This document shows positions 45,701-53,449 of a stretch of 53,449 nt of DNA, piece after piece (position 1 is the first letter of the stretch; each line of letters begins with the position of its first letter). The translations under genes were made by a program, and so were the position numbers. The stretch covers positions 1 to 53,449 of the forward strand of contig RHPI01000975.1 of assembly GCA_009103225.1 (NCBI GenBank), given 5' to 3'. Source of the DNA: Chlorokybus atmophyticus. Lineage: Eukaryota; Plantae; Mesostigma and Chlorokybus algae. The notes beneath the pieces were generated by a model. That model was not told the DNA's origin. It saw nothing but the letters and a program-made list of their open reading frames with translations, and ran no database searches.

Positions 45701-46871
45701 CACACACGCACGCGCACACGCGCACACGCACACACGCACACCTTATTCTCGTTCTGCAGTATGAACCTATTCCCCTCCCCCCCCAGTATGGCAATAGTGG
45801 GACTCCCGAACAGGTGCGTCTTGTAGATGCTGCCGTAGCTGGACGCCCGCTCGGACGCGAAGGCCCACGCGCCTTTATTCTTCCGAGATAGGATCCACGA
45901 CACCGTCTCGCCGAAAAAGGGGAGGCCCTGGTGTGGGTGGGGGTGTTGCTTGGGTGTTTTGGGTTGTTGGTTTGTTGGTTTTGGTGTGCGTGCGTGCGTG
46001 CGTGAGTGTGTGTGTGAATGCAAGTGCGGGTATGGGCTCGTGCGTGCGTGCGTGCGCCTGCGTGAGTGTGTGCGTCTGTGTGCGCATGTGCGCGTGTCAT
46101 CGTGTGTGCACACACGAGTGCGTATGCGTGTGTACGCTTAGACTGTTTGGGCTTAAGCGACGGTTGCTGTTTGTGTGCGGTGGTTAGTTGTAAGTGATCA
46201 AGGATCTGTAACTGGTGAACGGTTGATTGATGCTTGGGTGTCCCGTCAAGTCATCGGAAAAAGACAGAAGAAGAGTGTTCATTGCACAGTGCACGACTAA
46301 GCCACTGACTGACTGAGCTGCAGCACCCCCAGCATGCAAGACATGCGTGAACCACTAAATGAACCAACCGATGAAGCAGTCAAGGAATGACTGGGTCAAT
46401 CGAGAACTGAAACGGCTCGAACCGGTTATAGGAATATGGATGACTGGGCGAATGAATCAAGCACTTGTGGGCAATCAAAAGTCGAATCGAAAAATGATGA
46501 GTAGTACTCCATCGAGTACACAAACGAAGAACGTCTCAGTCCAATGAAGTCATGAGAATGATGCCAAAGGCCGCCAGTGTATGCGTCGACGAGCGCAATC
46601 GGTAAGATGTGACAAATGACACAGTGCGAGTAGATCAGTAACCCGCATCGCACTCGTCTAGTCAGTGTAGTGACTCACTCACTGGCGTGCTTGTTTCGAC
46701 TGACTGCAACACGCTTGCGTGCATGTACGCACTCACCTGCGTCCCAGGCGGCAGCGGTTTGCCCAGCCTGGCGGACAGCACCGCCGCCACGAGCCTGTTC
46801 CACTGCACGAATAGCAGCAGCAACGCCGCAAACACCCCCAGCCACACCGCCGGCCACATCGCCGCCGCCAT
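42728..46871 (-). CDS. Cytochrome P450, CYP85-clan-like, 11 exons, intact
   Basis: N-terminal membrane anchor plus PLPPG; GLPFFGET; [14 protein letters not shown]; I-helix VLVAGYDTS; K-helix ETLR; YAIPKGW; DPEKFNPHR; heme motif [10 protein letters not shown]. All junctions phase-compatible. Confidence 0.96.
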
Positions 46872-47006
46872 GCTGTCTAACAGAACTGTTCACAGAGATT
46901 TAACGCAGTTCGTTAAAGACGCACACACAATCTCCCCACTGTCTCTAACGACAGGTATCTGTAATCAGAGCCTGTCGTCTGCCGTTATACCGACATCGCT
47001 GGCGAC

Positions 47007-51193
<4,187 letters not shown>

Positions 51194-51907
51194 TTTGGTT
51201 GAGATTGTTTGATTGCCTATTGATGTAGACTAATGCATTTTGGTACCATTTGACCCATTGTGATCATCTGCCGGTCACGAACATTGCGTGTACTTTGAGG
51301 TTGTGGTTGTTTAGCGGTATGTCGGTGCATGCAGCCGCGCATGGAGTGGGCGCATTGACTAAATGCGTAGTGTTGTGTAATGTGATCGTTTGACGGTTGG
51401 CCTCATGGCGGTGACACACCTTTGCATGGAGACACTTGAATGAGTGTCTCCATGCAAGGTGTGACAGTGATATGCACGCATTCGACATTGACATGCGCAC
51501 GCACGGCCCCATCCCCCTGGCATACACACGCACGCGCACGCGCATACGCACACGTACACATACACACACACGTGCATGCGTGCGCTCTGTTAAGCTTTAG
51601 GCCTTGGGGCAACATGAACCGCACATGTGCCACATTCGCTGCACATGCTGCACAAAAGCAACCTGTTCTGGAGAGAGACTCGGCCAACACATGCACCACA
51701 TGGCAGCATAAAAACTTGTGAACACATGCTTGATTGCAATGTGATGTTGTACATATAGAGTTCGGACTGGGCTGAATACGCACGGATATGCAGTGCCAGT
51801 ATCAGCGGTACTGGTACTGTATCAGTGGTATTGAGTAGTACCAGTATTAGTGGTATCAGTACTGGTACAATGATACTGGTACTGATGCTGATGCTGATGC
51901 TAATACA

Positions 51908-51910
<3 letters not shown>

Positions 51911-51962
<52 letters not shown>

Positions 51963-51970
51963 NNNNNNNN

Positions 51971-52053
<83 letters not shown>
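51911..52053 (+). repeat. (CT)n microsatellite containing an 8-nt N gap
   Basis: Read directly from the sequence. Confidence 0.97.
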
Positions 52054-52057
<4 letters not shown>

Positions 52058-53152
52058 GTGTGCGTGTGCGTGTGCGTGTGTCTGCGTGTTTGCGTGCAGG
52101 CAGAGAGTGAGTCTGTGTCTGTGAGTGTGTGCATGCTATGATGATATATCGTCGCTGTAGGCCGGATGGCTTTCCCAAAGAAAAGAATGCTGGAGCAGCG
52201 CCAGCTACCTCTTCCCTGAGCCAAGCAGCGGCAGTACTGGCAGCAGCAAGGCAGCTTGCTGCTGATCGCTTCTTCAGGCGATTGTGACAGTTGTGACAGT
52301 TGGAAAAAAATGAATGTATGTCTCCCGCCTGCCATAGCTCTCGCATACGAGAACTCACACATTATGTTGTGCATGTCTGCGCGCACCTGCCTGCGAGGTG
52401 TCTGCTGCATCCCACCGGTGAAAGGTAAGTCAGTAACTTGGTTTGCAAGTGCCTGCATGTCCACAGCATAACTAGGTTTGCGTGCAGCCTCAGCCTTTGC
52501 ACGGACTGAGACACAGAGGCAGGCCACACTCACACTCACACTCACACTCTTAACTGTCACAAGTCAGGACATGCGCAAGTGTCACGCATATGGATACACT
52601 CACTGACTAAATCAATTCTTCCTTGGCTCATCGCATATAACGTGTCACGGCTTGAAACATGCAAGTAACACACCCTATATAGACCGCTGAGAGATTCTCT
52701 CCAACAACTTGCAGCCCATGGGGAGGTGGCAGCGCTGCTGGGCCGTTGCATGTGCGTGTGCGTGTGGGAGGCACAGAGATAAGTGCATGTTGCTCCTCCT
52801 GTGTGCCAAACACGCAATGTTGTTCAGCAAATGAAACACGAGACAAGTGCTGGTGATGATGTAGTAACATGGTGTTGTTGCATGGCAGTGGGGCTGCATG
52901 AAAGTGCGTACGAGTGTACGCGAATAAGGACGAGGCTGGCACTGGAGAAGCTGTCCATGCATGAAGATGGTGGAGATATTGATGCATGTACAGGTGTACG
53001 TACAGCGCTCAACCACAACCATCATGAGGCGTGTAGCAGATTGACAATGTTATAGTATACTGCAGGTGCAAGGTGGCACGTCACACATTACTCTAAGCAT
53101 TGGTACTTCTGATCAGGCGCACGTCGTGTGTATACTTGAAGAGCGCGCGCGC

Positions 53153-53397
53153 GAGAGAGAGAGAGCGAGAGAGAGCGAGAGAGAGCGAGAGAGCGAGCGA
53201 GAGAGCGAGAGCGAGAGCGAGAGCGAGAGCGAGAGAGCGAGAGCGAGAGCGAGAGCGAGAGAGCGAGAGCGAGAGAGCGAGAGCGAGAGAGCGAGAGCGA
53301 GAGCGAGAGCGAGAGAGAGCGAGAGCGAGAGGGAGAGCGAGAGGGAGCGAGAGCGAGAGGGAGCGAGAGCGAGCGAGAGCGAGAGCGAGAGAGCGAG

Positions 53398-53449
<52 letters not shown>
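53153..53449 (+). repeat. Compound (GA)n/(GAGC)n microsatellite running off the window end
   Basis: Read directly from the sequence. Confidence 0.97.

Noticed and set aside
46490-46570. ATGATGA as a box C of an intronic C/D snoRNA
   Set aside because: It is antisense to the host P450 transcript, with no properly placed CTGA box D or terminal stem.
52160-52430. Possible plus-strand exons (PDGFPKEKNAG...RFFRRL*)
   Set aside because: An acceptor-like site and a short open frame are present, but there is no upstream partner exon or recognisable domain.

Overview
Eukaryotic nuclear DNA, most likely from a green alga or early streptophyte alga. This is inferred from short GT-AG introns, a tRNA-iMet primer binding site, telo-boxes, and MOS1-, AVT6- and AP2-type genes. 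In order, the window holds: (1) a degenerate, 3'-truncated Ty3/Gypsy LTR retrotransposon on the minus strand (~1.5-7.9 kb), with an extra domain between Gag and protease that resembles a degenerate Dam-type methyltransferase; (2) an apparently intact 5-exon gene for a 405-aa protein with a transit-peptide-like N-terminus and PD-(D/E)XK-like nuclease motifs; (3) an intron-containing pseudogene of the ribonucleotide reductase small subunit, head-to-head with that gene; (4) a broken pogo/Tigger transposon and a 53-bp minisatellite; (5) a relic of a cytosine-5 DNA methyltransferase; (6) a very large AP2 + AT-hook protein gene with 70-73-aa internal repeats; (7) an AVT6-like amino-acid transporter; (8) a MOS1/BAT2-like gene; (9) a Rubisco-LSMT-like SET gene with a signal-peptide-like start and both conserved tyrosines substituted; (10) a CYP85-clan-like P450 and an SDR whose start codons are 135 bp apart. 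Many introns are filled with alternating purine-pyrimidine repeats. There are four N gaps; the first looks like a false gap. Exon structures were reconstructed by hand and family assignments rest on remembered motifs; no database search was run.
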